This document shows, in pieces, positions 1-12,960 of a DNA stretch of 64,000 nt; positions within the stretch are counted from its first letter, which is position 1, and each line of letters opens with the position of its first letter. The translations under genes were made by a program, and so were the position numbers. This stretch comes from Octopus sinensis (lineage: Eukaryota): contig NC_042997.1 of the NCBI RefSeq assembly GCF_006345805.1, positions 76,570,001-76,634,000 of the forward strand. The letters are read 5' to 3'. The notes under the pieces were generated by a model, which saw only the letters and a list, made by a program, of their open reading frames with translations, was not told where the DNA came from and searched no databases.

Positions 1-1111
1 TCTCTCTGTTCTGCCTACATCCCATGAATTATTACCCATTTGGCAGACATCAGCACAAATTAGTTAATAGTTTGTTTGCTGATTCCTATAAGCAAGAGTT
101 CATGTTCTTGTGAGATTCATTAGTTTGAAATAATTTCAACTGAAGACATTATTTACATTATTTACAATTGATGGATATTTGTCCTCATCTTGTTTGTTGT
201 TAACACGTTTCACCTGATATACCCTCCAGCTTTCTCAGGTGTCTTGGGGAAATTTTGAATCTTGGTTCTCATTCCTAAGGTATTTTTCTATGTTGTTGTT
301 GTTGCTGTTGTTCCTAGAATCGAACTTGGAATCTTGGGGTTAGTAGCCCATGCTCTTAACCACTACATCATATGCCTGTGGGCAATTATGGAGTGAATTT
401 TAGGGCTTATAAATCTAATATTCTCCTATCCTTCCTTAATACTGGTTCCCATATGCTGTTCATATCTGCATTCGGTCTGCTTAGGAGGTTGTTGTGTCCT
501 AGCAATGTGCTGCTTCTTTTAGTTTCCGTATTTTCCAGTGCTGTTCTCTGTCTGACCAGCTATACCTGATTTATCAATGTCTTCCCGTGTCACAGCTTCG
601 CAATGTTCCTCGACCCTTATTTTGAGGGGTCGGCATATTTTGCCTTTGTATAACCTACCACAGCAGCGTGGGATGGAGTACATGCATATGACATCAGGAC
701 AGTATTCAAATGTAATACAACACTTCGCAAATATTTCCTTCAAGTAAAACCACCAATAGAAGAGACTATGACCAAAGACTGCGTGTACTCCAACCCATGC
801 AGCTGTGGTAGGTTATACAAAGGTGAAACAAACTGCCCCCCCAAAATAAGGGTAGTGGATATTGATAAATTGTGTATAGCTGAACATGTATGGAAAAATG
901 GAGACCACCTCCCCTAGTGGGATGAAGTTAAAATAATAGACAGAGAACACCTGGAAAATATGAAAACTAAAAGAAGCAGCACATATGCTAGGACTTAACA
1001 ACCTCCTAAGCAGACTGAGTGCAGATATGAACAGCATATGGGAACCGGTATTAAGGAAGGATAGGAGAATATTAGACTTATAAGCCCTAAAATTCACTTC
1101 ATAATTGCCCA

Positions 1112-1183
1112 CGAGGATATGTCATAGTGGTTGAGAGCACAGGCTCCTAACTCCAAGATTCCGAGTTCGATTCCAGGCAGCGA

Positions 1184-1185
<2 letters not shown>
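1112..1185 (+). other. tRNA-derived cassette (A box, B box, anticodon-like loop) in the Penelope 3' terminus; mirror copy on the minus strand at ~305-377
   Basis: TGTCATAGTGG (A-box-like), 7-nt loop CTCCTAA (CTACTAA in the mirror copy), GAGTTCGATTCC (B box). No convincing acceptor stem. Confidence 0.6.
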
Positions 1186-1218
<33 letters not shown>

Positions 1219-1266
1219 TCAAAAAAATACCTTAGGAACGAGAACCAAAGTTCGAAATTTCCCCAA

Positions 1267-1310
1267 GACACCTGATGAAGGCTGGAGGGTATATCAGCCG
1301 AAACGTATTA
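1267..1310 (+). ncRNA. Hammerhead ribozyme-like motif (degenerate) in Penelope pLTR; more decayed mirror copy at 200-245 minus
   Basis: CTGATGA (1272-1278), helix II GGCTG/CAGCC, then GAAACGT. Helix I partner appears deleted. Confidence 0.6.
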
Positions 1311-1674
1311 ACAACAAACAAGATAAGGACAAATATCCGTCAAATGTAAATAATGTTAATAATCTACATAATTCTTCATTTCTTAAATATAGAACTGTAT
1401 TATTCAACTGAAGAGATGCACAATGTGGGGGCTCAAAGTCCTCTTCCACAGATTAATCAGGTGTGTTATTAGAACACATTTAAAGCAGATGTCCTCTGAT
1501 GGCAAATAACTGCAGTTATCAGATAGTCAAGTTTGAATCTGCCAGAACATGTTAAGAATGAATATAAATGTTAATATTGTAATAAATTTATTACAAATTA
1601 TTACTGTAAATTTTAAATGTATTTTAATTTTTAAAAAAATTTTATCTATTTCTTATTTTCTCTGAACATCTTAG

Positions 1675-1841
1675 GCATTTATGGACACAGTGCAGTATAT
1701 CACCTTGCTGTTGCTACAATTTACATTTATGGAGGAATGCTTTTTACAAAATATTACAAGTTTCATCCTTCAAAAGAATTATATACATTTGACGTTGACA
1801 AATTGCAATGGAACATTCTGCAGGCATCAGATGAGAGAATG
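1675..1841 (+). CDS. MEGF8: MEGF8-like internal exon A (kelch repeat; (G)IYGHSAVYHLAVATIYIYGGMLFTKYYKFHPSKELYTFDVDKLQWNILQASDERM)
   Basis: Pyrimidine tract plus AG at 1673-1674; GTAAAT donor at 1842; phase 1 in, phase 0 out. Peptide matches the recalled MEGF8 segment GLYGHSAVYH..YVFGG..PSPELYSL..W. Confidence 0.9.
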
Positions 1842-2321
1842 GTAAATATTTTCCATTTGAAAGAAATGTTTTTCTTTTTTTTTTTCAGTTTTGGAAGAGG
1901 ACATGTTTCTTTTCATTTTCCATTTGTTTTTCCAAACTTGCATTTATTTCAATGATTTGCAAATTTGGAAAGTTATATGTTGGTATTTCATTTATTTGTG
2001 AAGTTGTAAAAATATCTAGTAATTACAAATTCAGTATGCTGCATTGATTATATACACACATACTAGTATACACATATATGTATTTGTGTATACACATCTA
2101 TAAATGTATACAAATCTACATGTATAAAGAAATAGCAACATATGCACAGAAACACATTTTTAAAAATATATTTTCATATATGCATATATATATTTATACA
2201 CACACACACAATAGTTATTAGCAATGGAAGTAATTAATACTGAATAACAATCTTTATATCCTTCTTAATGAGGATATGTTTTAACAATACCATAATACTC
2301 TGAAAAAGATTACTTAATATA

Positions 2322-2489
2322 GGCGCAGGAGTGGCTGTGTGGTAAGTAGCTTGTTTACCAACCACATGGTTCCTGGTTCAGTCCCCACTATGTGGCACCT
2401 TAGGCAAGTGTCTTCTACTATAGCCTCGGGCCGACCAAAGCATTGTGAGTGGATTTGGTAGATGGAAACTGAAAGAAGCCTGTCGTACG

Positions 2490-2546
<57 letters not shown>

Positions 2547-2770
2547 TTGTGTGTCTGTGTTTGTCCCCCTAGCATTGCTTGACAACCGATGCTGGTGTGT
2601 TTATGTCTCCGTCACTTAGCGGTTCCGCAAAAGAGACCGATAGAATAAGTACTGGGCTTACAAAGAATAAGTGCCGGGGTCAAGTTGCTCGATTAAAGAC
2701 GGTGCTCCAGCATGGCCACAGTCAAATGACTGAAACAAGTAAAAGAGTAAAAGAGAGAGTAAAGAGTAAT
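2322..2770 (+). mobile_element. tRNA-derived SINE, full length with internal (TA)n/(TG)n
   Basis: tRNA-like head, conserved GGCACCTT.GGCAAGTGTCTTCTACTATAGCC core, GTAAAAGA tail. Repeated at 14401, 15145, 25590 and 35358. Confidence 0.85.
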
Positions 2771-3240
2771 CTCTCAATGAGCTGCCATTGTCATAAATTG
2801 TTAAAGGAACAATCAATATCTGAAGCTGCCTATGTGCAGATTTGTAATTACATACTTCCTGTTGGTTAAGTAGGATATAAAAATTGCTGTTTGGTATTGA
2901 TACTGCTTCCATCACTAATAATTTTTTTTTCAGCTTGCTAACTGTTTGTGACACCAGTAACTCAGTGTCTTATTAGGCCCTATTTTTCTATATAGCAATA
3001 TGGATCAAGTTTGGCTAGCATGCAGTGATTGGAGATACCTGCTGCTAATGACATGCAAACATATAGAAATCATGTGATCTAGCAATTCCACTGATGGTGC
3101 TGGAAATTTATTGTCTGCTACTAGTGCTTTTAAGCACTAAATATCTACATGACATGCTTTCTTAAGAGGAATATGGCATTTTGAACTATATCCATGTTAA
3201 GTAGGTTATAAAGAATAGTCTGTGTGTGTGTGTCTATCTG

Positions 3241-3278
<38 letters not shown>

Positions 3279-3614
3279 GCTGAGTTAATATGTTAAATTT
3301 TTCTTTGCTCATTTGCTTGATTTCTGTTGGTCTGTTATGATTTTTCATTGAGTTTGGTGGCTTGTTTGAGTATTGTAACTCTTATTTCTAGTAAGCTGGT
3401 ACTTCGTGTACCCTGTGTTATAATTAGTTATTAATTATAAAATTTTATATAATTATATATATATATATAGTCAACAGGTGAGATCCAGAGGTGTTCAATA
3501 TAGAAAACATATGATAGTGCTCACACGATTTAAACTTATACTCCAACGTCTTTATCAAGAACTAAGTCCATGGGGTAAAGAGTGGTTATAAAAGGAATCC
3601 AGGTGAGATGATAT

Positions 3615-4134
3615 GGAGATAGTGATGCAAATAAACACACTTGGGCTTGATATATAAAATATATGTACATACATATACACATGTAAATATATATAGGGAT
3701 ATACATAGAGAGAGAAACAATAACTGAAAATATTCAAATGAATGCTTGTGTTTAAGCATATAGATATATATAAATTTACAGAACAAATTTACATGGAGTA
3801 CAAAAATATAGAAAACAAAGGAGAGAGGGCATGTTATTCCTGGTCTGACAACACATTCCACATATTAACAATTAAACTATTATGTAATTGTGTGACCCCA
3901 GAAACAGCTGTTGGACCTGAAATATCATGCCCTCTCTTGTTTTCTGTATTTTTTGTACTCCCTGTAAATTTGTTCTGTAGATATATGAATATTTATATGC
4001 TTATACATGAGTGTTCATCTGAATATTTTCAGTTTTTGTTTTTCTATATATCTATATATATTTACATGTGTATATGCATGTATGTATATTTATGTAGATT
4101 TCATATATCAACCCCAAGTGTGTCACTATATCTC
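3615..4134. repeat. Long inverted repeat (arms ~3615-3852 and ~3905-4134, ~50-nt spacer)
   Basis: Arms read as reverse complements with scattered mismatches and indels. ORF-track peptides 3586- and 3742+ mirror each other. Confidence 0.85.
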
Positions 4135-4169
4135 TCTTTCTCTTTGTCTCTCTCTCTATCTGTGTATGT

Positions 4170-4580
4170 GTATACAGATTGGCAGAAAGGCAGATTGTAT
4201 GATGCTTGTGTCACTGCTACATGGCTGTAAAACTGAGGCCATTAATGCAGAAAACATGTAAAGACTTAAAAGAAATGAAACATGTATGCAATATGAGTGT
4301 GCAATATCTATGTGCTTGTACAATAATGTATAGATATGCTTAAAGGAAAACTGGGCATAAGAGGCATCAGATGTTGTGTTCAGGAGAAAAAATTGCGTTG
4401 GTATGGTCATGTGATGTAGATGGGTGAAGACAGATGTATAAAAAAGTGCTGATTGTTAAACTTGAACAAAACAGATGGAAGAGGAAAACCTAGGAAGATT
4501 TGAGACAAAGTAATGAAGACTGACTTCAAGATGTTGAGCCACTCAGAGGAGATGACAGGAGACCTAAAGTAATGGTCTTA
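4170..4580 (+). mobile_element. RTE LINE 3' RT fragment, degenerate
   Basis: Similar to the RTE copies at 8750-9000 and 37480-37870. Confidence 0.6.
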
Positions 4581-5160
4581 TACTGTCCTTGAGAGAATCC
4601 ATCCATCTCAGCAGAATTGAGGTTCTGTCAAGCCTTCTCCCACAACTCATCTATTTTTTTTACTTCCTGCTATACTGAACTTATATCTTGTGCATCAAAC
4701 TTATTCCCTATCTCTAATCATCAATCACACTATTTTCACTCAGTGCACTTCCTATTCTGCCTCATATTCATGTTGTACCTGGATCTCATATCTCTTTCTT
4801 TCTCTCTCTCTTTTTCTTTCTCACTTTCCAGGTGGGTAAGCCATATATTCACCTCTTCAGCAAGCGATCTGCTTCTCTCCTTCTTTAATTTCTTTCTCTA
4901 GTCTGTAGCCCTCTAACTTGAGGGGTTTTATTATGTGGGTACTTGGCAGCCTCAATGGCGTTAATGTCATGCCAAGATCACCCAGTATACTTTAAGTGGT
5001 TGGCATTAAGAAGAGCATCCAACTGTAGAAACCATGCCAAGGCAGACATAAAACTCAGTGGAACCCTCTGTTCTTATCAAACCATTCAGTTCATGCCAGC
5101 ATGAAAAAAGGGATGTTATATGATGATGATTCCACTGCTTCTGCCAATGCTGATGACGGC

Positions 5161-6046
5161 ATAGGGTGTCCAGGCTAAATTTGACAGCTTACATAAAAGG
5201 AAAAGAAAACACAGTATTCCATCCAAAAATAAAAGTATTTTTTAAAAATTCAAAAAATATCCAGGTTATAGCTAGAAGATAACACTTTACTCAAAGTTGC
5301 TGCCCTCAGCTTCCACCATGACCTCAGTATTGCTCCAGAACCTGTCACATGTGTTCCTGACTGTTTACCTGGGAAGGTCTTCAAACACCTTGATCTTGGC
5401 CTGGTGTTGCAAGTAGAACAATTTGTGCTTTCTCAAGCAAGCCCCACACAACAGTAATCCACTAGATTACAATCATGAGAACTAGGAGGGCAGAAATTGA
5501 AGCTGGTGCAGTTGTAGAAATTCTTTGGTAACCACTACTGGCTCTTTCTGGAGAAATGGCAAGGGGTTAGATTCTGCTGGCATGCATATGGTCTTCCAGT
5601 TGCAACCCTCCCCAGCCAGAGATTAACCAGTCTCCAGCAGCTTCATGTAGCTACCTGCATTGAGCCTAAAGCTATGTTCAAAGATGTGGATATATATATT
5701 CTGGCATGCAGATGCAGTTAGAATGCCTGCTGTATCCTTTCCTGCTGAACATGGCTCTGTAGTCTCCACTGCAGCTGTCCATGTCACATCTTACAGCCTT
5801 TACTGTGTTCACTGAGCATTGAGCAGCTATCATGATGACACCTATGTCAAATCCTCACAATACAAGTAACTCTTTTCCAATATTCAGATGGTTTCCTGTC
5901 CTCCATGTCAGCTGACTTTGTCTCAACTACAGCGTTAATTTTTATGCTCTCCAATGCCATTGACTGTTCAGCAATACATCAAGCTGTTTCTTGATAAAGA
6001 TAAAAAGAGACCAAAACACCCATCAAATTTAGTCCCAACATCCTGT
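5161..6046 (-). mobile_element. Internally deleted Tc1/mariner-superfamily (maT/DD37D-like) element
   Basis: Degenerate TIRs TAGGGTGTCCAGGCTAAATTTGA and TCAAATTTAGTCCCAACATCCTGTA. Minus-strand remnants resemble QQD.APCH.SRK and NFWPPSSPDCNPLDY.VWG. Confidence 0.6.
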
Positions 6047-6559
6047 ATACCAGTATATACAACTCCGGTATATACAACATACATCTGAGTATGACCACTT
6101 TTTGGAAAGTTGTAAATTCCTTGAATGTTAACAGTACAGAACAGTGGAGTTGCTGGTCAATTTCAGAACTAGCCGAGATTTGTGTTGACCGCTTTTTCTA
6201 GGTCCTTCCTGGTTAATAGGTGAGTGGTATTATCCTGCTGAAAGGCTACTTAGTTACTCAAGGTGTTGCCAAGTCTCTATATTACCATAGTTTGTTAGGA
6301 AATGACCACTATCTGAAGCTGCCTATGTTTGCTATTACATATTTCTTGTTACTACAGGACTTAGCGAGAAATTCATAATGTATTTTTCAAGAAGTTTCTG
6401 TGCATGAAATTAATTATAACGAATGAAGCCTGGAAAGAACTATGCACATGTATATGCATGTATGTATAGAGAAGTGCTGTTAGCAAGGTGACAGAAATAA
6501 GTAATGAATTTAGTGCATCAGCAAGTGTCTGAAGAGCTTGTTTTTTTAATCTCTTATAT

Positions 6560-7600
6560 ATTTTAGTTTTCCAGGCCAGGGTAGAGGAGTTGAAAACAAT
6601 TTCTTTAAGATCACTTGTTTGCCGATAATGTAATTCTCATAGCTGAATCTGTCAAAGAATTAGAGAAGAAATTCTAAATATGGAGGCAAAGTCTAGATTG
6701 AAGAGATCTTAAAGTAAACTTAGCAAAGTTTAGTTAGCTGGAAAGAAGACCAGACTCTGCTGCCTTTAGGGAGGTAGTCAAAGTCAATAAACAAAGAAGG
6801 AGCAGACTTTAGGGAGGTAGTATAACTCAATACACAAAGAAGGAGCCGGAAAGGACTCTGAACAGTGTATCAAATGAAAACTATGATTACTTGAATGATG
6901 AGATGGGTTAAAAAGCAAGCTGACTGAGAAATACTTTGTATGCAGCAAATGCACAGTAATTGTAACCAGTGTAAGTATCTATGAAATGAATTGTTTTTAA
7001 CATCTGGAAAGTTCCATTGATAGTTTCTGATGCCTCTATGACTCAATTATCAGTGGAGGTGGGTGTTTCAAAAGTAGAGTAACCAAAGTAAGAATGGTGT
7101 AAAAAAATGCTCAAGGAATTATTATCTCTGTTGGCAACAAAAGAATTTCTCTGCAAGTGAAGAGTAGATTGCATTATGTTCATATACTAAGTACACTGTT
7201 GTATAGTGGTAAAACATGGGTCTAAATGTGGTGAACTAGAAAGAAATTCAGCAAGTGTACTCTGCAGGTTGTGTGATGTTAGTGTGCATGAACGACAGCA
7301 GAAACGATCTAAGAGAAAAACTGAGTCTAAGAGGAATCAGATGTAGTTTGCTAGAGAGAAGACTATATCAGTCCAGATATGTGTTATGTATGGAGGATGA
7401 CAGTTGGGTAAAGAACTGCCAAGCAGTTCAAGTGGAAAGAACCTGTGAAAGAAGAAGACTGAAGAAGTTGTGAAAAGTGTTCTGAAGCAGTTAAACTTTA
7501 TAAACTTGACAAAGTGCTGCAATGAATGGTGAGTTATTATGCTGTGGATGACTAGCCCAGTCTGTGTATGCATGAAAATGTAAATGTAAAAATGATGATG
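6560..7600 (+). mobile_element. Degenerate RTE LINE RT fragments
   Basis: LFADNVILIAESVKELEKKF at ~6615; downstream LREKLSLRGIRC..RRL region. Confidence 0.55.
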
Positions 7601-7854
7601 GCAGTGTTAATAATAATCATGACATATCCTTTTGTGAAAACCAGTTTTACACCTTCACATTGAATTTTCTTCATGCTTATGCTAGCTGAGCATTATATTA
7701 AACCCTGTCGTAGTAGAACACTGTATTCATAAAACACTACTTGTAATTCAAGAACATTACATTTTTTCTGTCTTACATGATGTTTCTGGCCAGAATAGAC
7801 ACCTTATTGCAGTAATAATTACTGTTATCATACAAATAATTTCAGAGGTATCAA

Positions 7855-9235
7855 GTTGTTGGATCAGGTAATTAAAGTCACGGAGAGAGTCATAGCCTAA
7901 CTAATTAGGGAGAGAATTAATTTAGACAAGATGCAGTTTGGGTTTGTGCCAGGGAAAAGCACCACTGGTAAGACAGCTGCAGGAGAAATACCTAGACAAA
8001 GATAAACCTCTGTACTTGGCTTTTGTTGACATGGAGAAAGCCTTTGACAGAGTTCCCTGATCCCTTATCTGGTGGTCAATGAGGAAACTAGGGATAGATG
8101 AATGGTTAATGAGAGCCGTGCAAGCCATGTACAGGGATGCTGTCAGTAAGGTGAAGGTTGACAACAAGTATAGTGAAGAATTCTGGGTAGGGGTAGGGGT
8201 CCAACAGAGGAATTCAAGACAGGATGCCCCTGGGAGCTACTCTATTATTCTAATAGCTGAGTCACTATCAGAACTAGTTTCAAGTGTGAAAGCAAGGTCT
8301 AGAATCAAAGGGCCTTAGAGTCAATCTAGCTAAAACCAAAGTCCTAATAAGTAGGAAGGCAGGCAAACCACAAATCCCTTCAGGTAGTTGGCCCTGCTCG
8401 ACATGTAGAAAAGGCATATGTAGAAACTCCATAAGATGTATCTGGTGTAAGCTATGGACACATAAGAGGTGCAGCAATATCAATGGAAGGCTTACTGGGA
8501 AGATAGTTTTTGTGTGTGGCAAATGCTCAGGAATAATAAACCCTGAAAATGTGTAGAAAACAGCTTCTGTCACATGCCAGGGGAAAAAAACTAGAAGTAG
8601 TTGATAGCTTCCATTACCTAGGTGACCAAGTCAGTAGCGGGAGTGGATGATCTGAGTGTGTAGCTACTAGAATAAGAATTACCTGGGCAAAGGTCAGAGA
8701 GCTCCAACCTCTGCTGGTGACAAAGGGCCTCTCACTCAGACTAAAAGGTAGACTGTATGATGCATATGTGTGAACAGCCATGCTACACAGCAGTGAAACA
8801 TGGGCTGTGACTGCTGAGGACATGTGTAAGCTTGCAAGAAATGAAGCTAGTATGCTCTGCTGGATGTGTAATGTCAGTGTGCATACACATCAGAGTGTAA
8901 GTGCCCTGAGAGAAATGTTGGACATAAGAAGCATCAGATGTAGTGTGCAAGAGAGATGACTACACTGGTATGGTCATGTGTTGCATATGGATGAGCACCA
9001 TTCAAGCATGGTCGATGCCAGTACTGCCTGACTGGCCTTTCTGCTGGTGGCACGTAAAAAGCACCCACTACACTCTTGAGTGATTGGTGTTAGGAAGAGT
9101 ATCCAGCTGTAGAGACCTTGTCAGATCTGATTGAAGCCTGGTACAGCTTTCTGGCTTGCCAGTCCTCAGTCAAACTGTCCAACCTAAGCCAGCATGGAAA
9201 GCAGACATTAAACAATGACGATGATGATGATGATT
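7855..9235 (+). mobile_element. RTE LINE, 5'-truncated with internal deletions and (GAT)n tail
   Basis: MQFGFVPGKST, LYLAFVDMEKAFDRVP, RKLGIDEWLMRAVQAMY, the Cys-rich insert GRWPCSTCRKG, and the shared RTE 3' tail ending in (GAT)n. Confidence 0.85.
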
Positions 9236-9289
9236 ACTACTCAGTTAGATCATCGTGCCAGCCAGTCGATAATGAGGCTTTGGAGGGAT

Positions 9290-11185
9290 ATTTGATTCCT
9301 GATCAGCAAGGATATGGTTAAAAATTTGGTTCACTTCCTCCAGAAACTCAAATTACTGGCAAAAAGTTGTGGTTACAAAGCTATTTCGGCTGCTCAACAT
9401 CTCAATGAAGCTATAAGAGATGCCTTTATCAATGGTATGCATTCCAGTAACATATACCAACGGTTATTGGAACACGATAACTTAGACCACAATTGGGTCT
9501 TTATCCAAGCATTGACACTGGAGATGGCAGATGCTCAATCCATAAGTTACACATGCTCAATCCATAAGTTACACATGCTCAGTTGTTCTCCATGATGAAT
9601 CCTGTGCTATGCAACCTGCATGTCCCCCCAGCCCAAAACAAGAGACTGTAGATGACTTCAATTTAGCGGCCACTACACTTAAATGGTTTTTCTGTAGTTA
9701 TAACAAACAACCACATTCCAAGTGCCCAACCATGGAAACGACATCTAAAGCCTGCAACAAAATCGGTCATTTCCAGCAGGCATGTCAGTCATCTCACACA
9801 AACAAATGCTTTGTTTCATATACAAATCCCATATTGTCTGCCATATTCTTGGCAGCTCTTCCACTGTCATTGTCTTCTGCTGTTGTTAAAGTGTACATAA
9901 ATAGTGTGGAACACAATACTCTTCTTGATACTAGAACCTCAATAGTTACATATCATCTGATATTGTACATTTACATGTTTGGTGCATCCATCCATCAGAC
10001 ACTCCTATTTTGATGGCTCCTACCTTGTCAAGCATTACACAAGTTCACTGTTTCACCAAGTTGGTCTATCATGACAATGATTATCCCAATGTGTAACTTA
10101 GATGTCCTACTTGAGCATGATGTTTTGAAACAACACTAACATGTAAATACAGCTTTCAGGGGCACAGGCTGGGAAGTGTCTCAGACCTCCATTTTCACTT
10201 TGTGGCTTGGTTGCGGCTCATGTTGACACTCCTGCATTATTCGGGTTGCTTTCACCACAGTGCAAACCTATTGCTACTAAATCCAGGCACCTGTTATTGC
10301 AGGATCAGAAATTTGTCAAAGCGAAGTCACTCATCTTTTATAGGAACAAATCATCGAACCATCTCATTCTCCATGGAGGGTACAAGTTTTAGCCACCAGT
10401 GATGAATCACACAAAAGACAAAAGGTAATTGATTATAGCCAGACAATCAATCAATATACATAACTCAACACTTACCCTGTGCTTACCCATTGATGAACTG
10501 GTTGAGAAAATATCTCACTACAAGATATTCACTACTTTCGATCTTAAGAGTGCTTATCATCAGATTCCTATATGTGAAGATGAGAAAAAATTTACAGTTT
10601 TCAAAACATGTAGAAATCTGTATTAGTTCTGGTGTATACTGCTCAGAATCACAAATAGTATAACTTGTTTTCAACGTACCATTGATAGCAAACAAAATAA
10701 CTAGACGATACCTTCACCTACATTGACAACATCACAATATGCAGTCGCAACAGAAGAGAGCATGATGGGAACTGTGAAAGATTCCTACAATTCATGAAGA
10801 CATGTGGACTCACCTTCAACAATAAGAAAACAGTTGTTGCTGTCAGGACTATCGCACTCCTGGATTACAAAGTGTAATCAGACTGGATCCAGAATGATTC
10901 TGCAGCTTACACAAGTTCCCATCTCTTCAAGATACCAAAGCACAAGAGAAGATCATTTGGATGATTTTTATTATTCTCACTGGATCTCCCATTTTTCAGA
11001 CAAAATCACACTCTTGGTACTCAATAAAAATTTTCCCCTCCCTGATGTTATCGAACAGTCATTCTGAAAGCTCAAGTCAGAGTTCAAAGGTGTTGCTTTG
11101 GTCACCATTGATCATCAAGTACCCTTGGTTGAGGAGACAGATGCTTCAGATATTGCTATTGCCACCACCTTGAACCAGGATGGAC
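9290..11185 (+). mobile_element. Degenerate Ty3/gypsy gag-pol remnant
   Basis: gag AIRDAFINGM, Cys knuckle CNKIGHFQQAC, protease LLDT, RT LPIDELVEKI..FTTFDLKSAYHQIPI and YIDNITI, RNase H ETDASDIAI. Many stops and frameshifts; no LTRs or integrase seen. Confidence 0.85.
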
Positions 11186-12359
11186 AACATGTAACCTTCT
11201 TGGTTTTTATGGCTGGATGCCTTTCATAGTATTGACCACCTTACTGTCTGTGCTGAGTGTTTTTAACATGGCACCAGGTTGTTAAGTGATACTGGCATGA
11301 GTGCTTTTTATGCAGCACCAGCACAGGAATCTTGCAGGCCAATCCTCTTCATCAGGGGATGCAGCCTTAACACTTTTGCTGTGGAGGATGGGTCTTCTTG
11401 AGTACAGGAAGGTCCTTTGTCATCTTGTCTGAATTTTTTGGATAATTCTTATTTATTTCTTCACTAATACAAACTTTAAAATCTTTGTATAGGAAGGGTA
11501 CAGTTGTGTGATTGGACTCAGTATATGACTTGCACTTCTTTCATCAATCTGAAAAGATGAACATTAATCCCTGTACAATTTGGGTACTGAATTTGCAGAG
11601 ATTGAACTTAGTAATGATTGTTAATGGCACAAGGCTACAGAGTTTTGGGGAGGGTATAGTTTTAAAGCATTCCCAGTACTTAACGGGTACTTTATTTTAA
11701 CAATTCAGGAAGGATGGAAAGCAAAATTGACCTTGAAGGATTTGAACTCAGAATGCAGAGGGCTGTAACTAAATATTGTAATGCAATTTGTTCTATCAGT
11801 TGTTAACCCACTGCTATTTATAGAAGTTAATATTCGAAAGCATTTCTCTACTTTTATTATTTATCACATCTCTAAAATTACCACATTCACTTTATCCATT
11901 TTTTTATGCTGACCTCTATCGTTCAGATCTTCCATTCATCATATTGCTGGTTGTCATCATCTTTTGTTGTTGTTTTTTGCAAGGCCTGGTTCTCAGTGCT
12001 CTTTTCCATGTCTTTATTACTCTTCTTCTCCCACATGTATCTTCCATTGACTTTACATGCACCTTTTCATCCAGTACTCATTGTCATGTTCATTCCCGCA
12101 CAGTTATCACTCCCTGAAATTTTGATGTTTTTCTTTTCTTTTCATGCGAGCCATTCTTTCTGTTCAGTTGGACTCCACTTTTTGTCTAAGTTAATATTTC
12201 AGTGGATGACAGTATATGTTATTTCTGTATAGCATTCATAGGTCTTCATTTAGAACCCATGTCTCACTGTCATTTTTAATCACATGAACATATGCTTTAT
12301 ACAATCAGCCTTTTGTGTGAAAAGAGAAGCCCATTGTTATTAACAAAAGTAACAACTTC

Positions 12360-12720
12360 TTAACCCTTTTGTTACCAAACCGTCCAAAGCTGCCTGAAAA
12401 AATGTTGGTTCATGTGACCAAGCCGCCCAAAACCGCCCATTCATATTTAAATGAGAATATCAGAGCAAATCTCATTGGTACATTCGTGAAAGCACGTGAT
12501 TATACTTCGTAAACAGTTCATCTACAGTTTTGTACAATGATCGATGTGTAATTTTCATTCTCTGAATTTTGGGAGATTTTTTTCCAAATTTGTTCCTGTT
12601 GTGTTTTCAAAATTTGTAATTCTGACAAAAAATGGATGTGAATTTCATTCTGTCAAGCAGCGAGTCAGAATTCGAAGGATTTTCCACTGAAGACCTTGAT
12701 AAATTTAACTTTATGCTGGG
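12360..12720 (+). mobile_element. Putative piggyBac-type non-autonomous element, left end only
   Basis: TTAA followed by CCCTTTTGTTACC terminus. The other end was not found. Confidence 0.35.
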
Positions 12721-12960
12721 TATACAATATTATATAAGCATGCTGGTGGGGGGGGGGGGAACAAACACAGACACAAATACGCACGCACACACACACATAC
12801 ATAAATATATATATATATATATATATATTAATAAAAAGAATTCCAACCTTGTCTGATTTTCACGTTTTATTTACAATCTTATAATGATATATTATAAGAT
12901 AATATATTATAATTGAATAAAATAAAATGAAATACTAGAATGTTAAATGTTCATTCTGAT

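Larger units (their letters stand above)
147..1402. mobile_element. Penelope-like element 3' end present as a head-to-head inverted pair (minus copy ~740 to 147, plus copy ~740 to 1402)
   Basis: Both arms encode a degenerate GIY-YIG C-terminus (VYS.PCSCGRLYKGE..; WDEVKIIDREH; SADMNSIWEPVLRK, stop at 1081-1083). ORF-track peptides 372+ and 813- mirror each other. 12-bp direct repeat TTCAACTGAAGA at 135-146 and 1403-1414 is a probable TSD. Confidence 0.85.

Noticed and set aside
1112-1185. Functional tRNA gene
   Set aside because: No acceptor stem, the anticodon differs between the two arms (CCT vs ACT), and it is embedded in a TE.
6764-6846. 43-bp tandem duplication with variable centre (similar small duplications at ~9537-9580 and ~46140-46215)
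   Set aside because: Only two copies each; ordinary local slippage.
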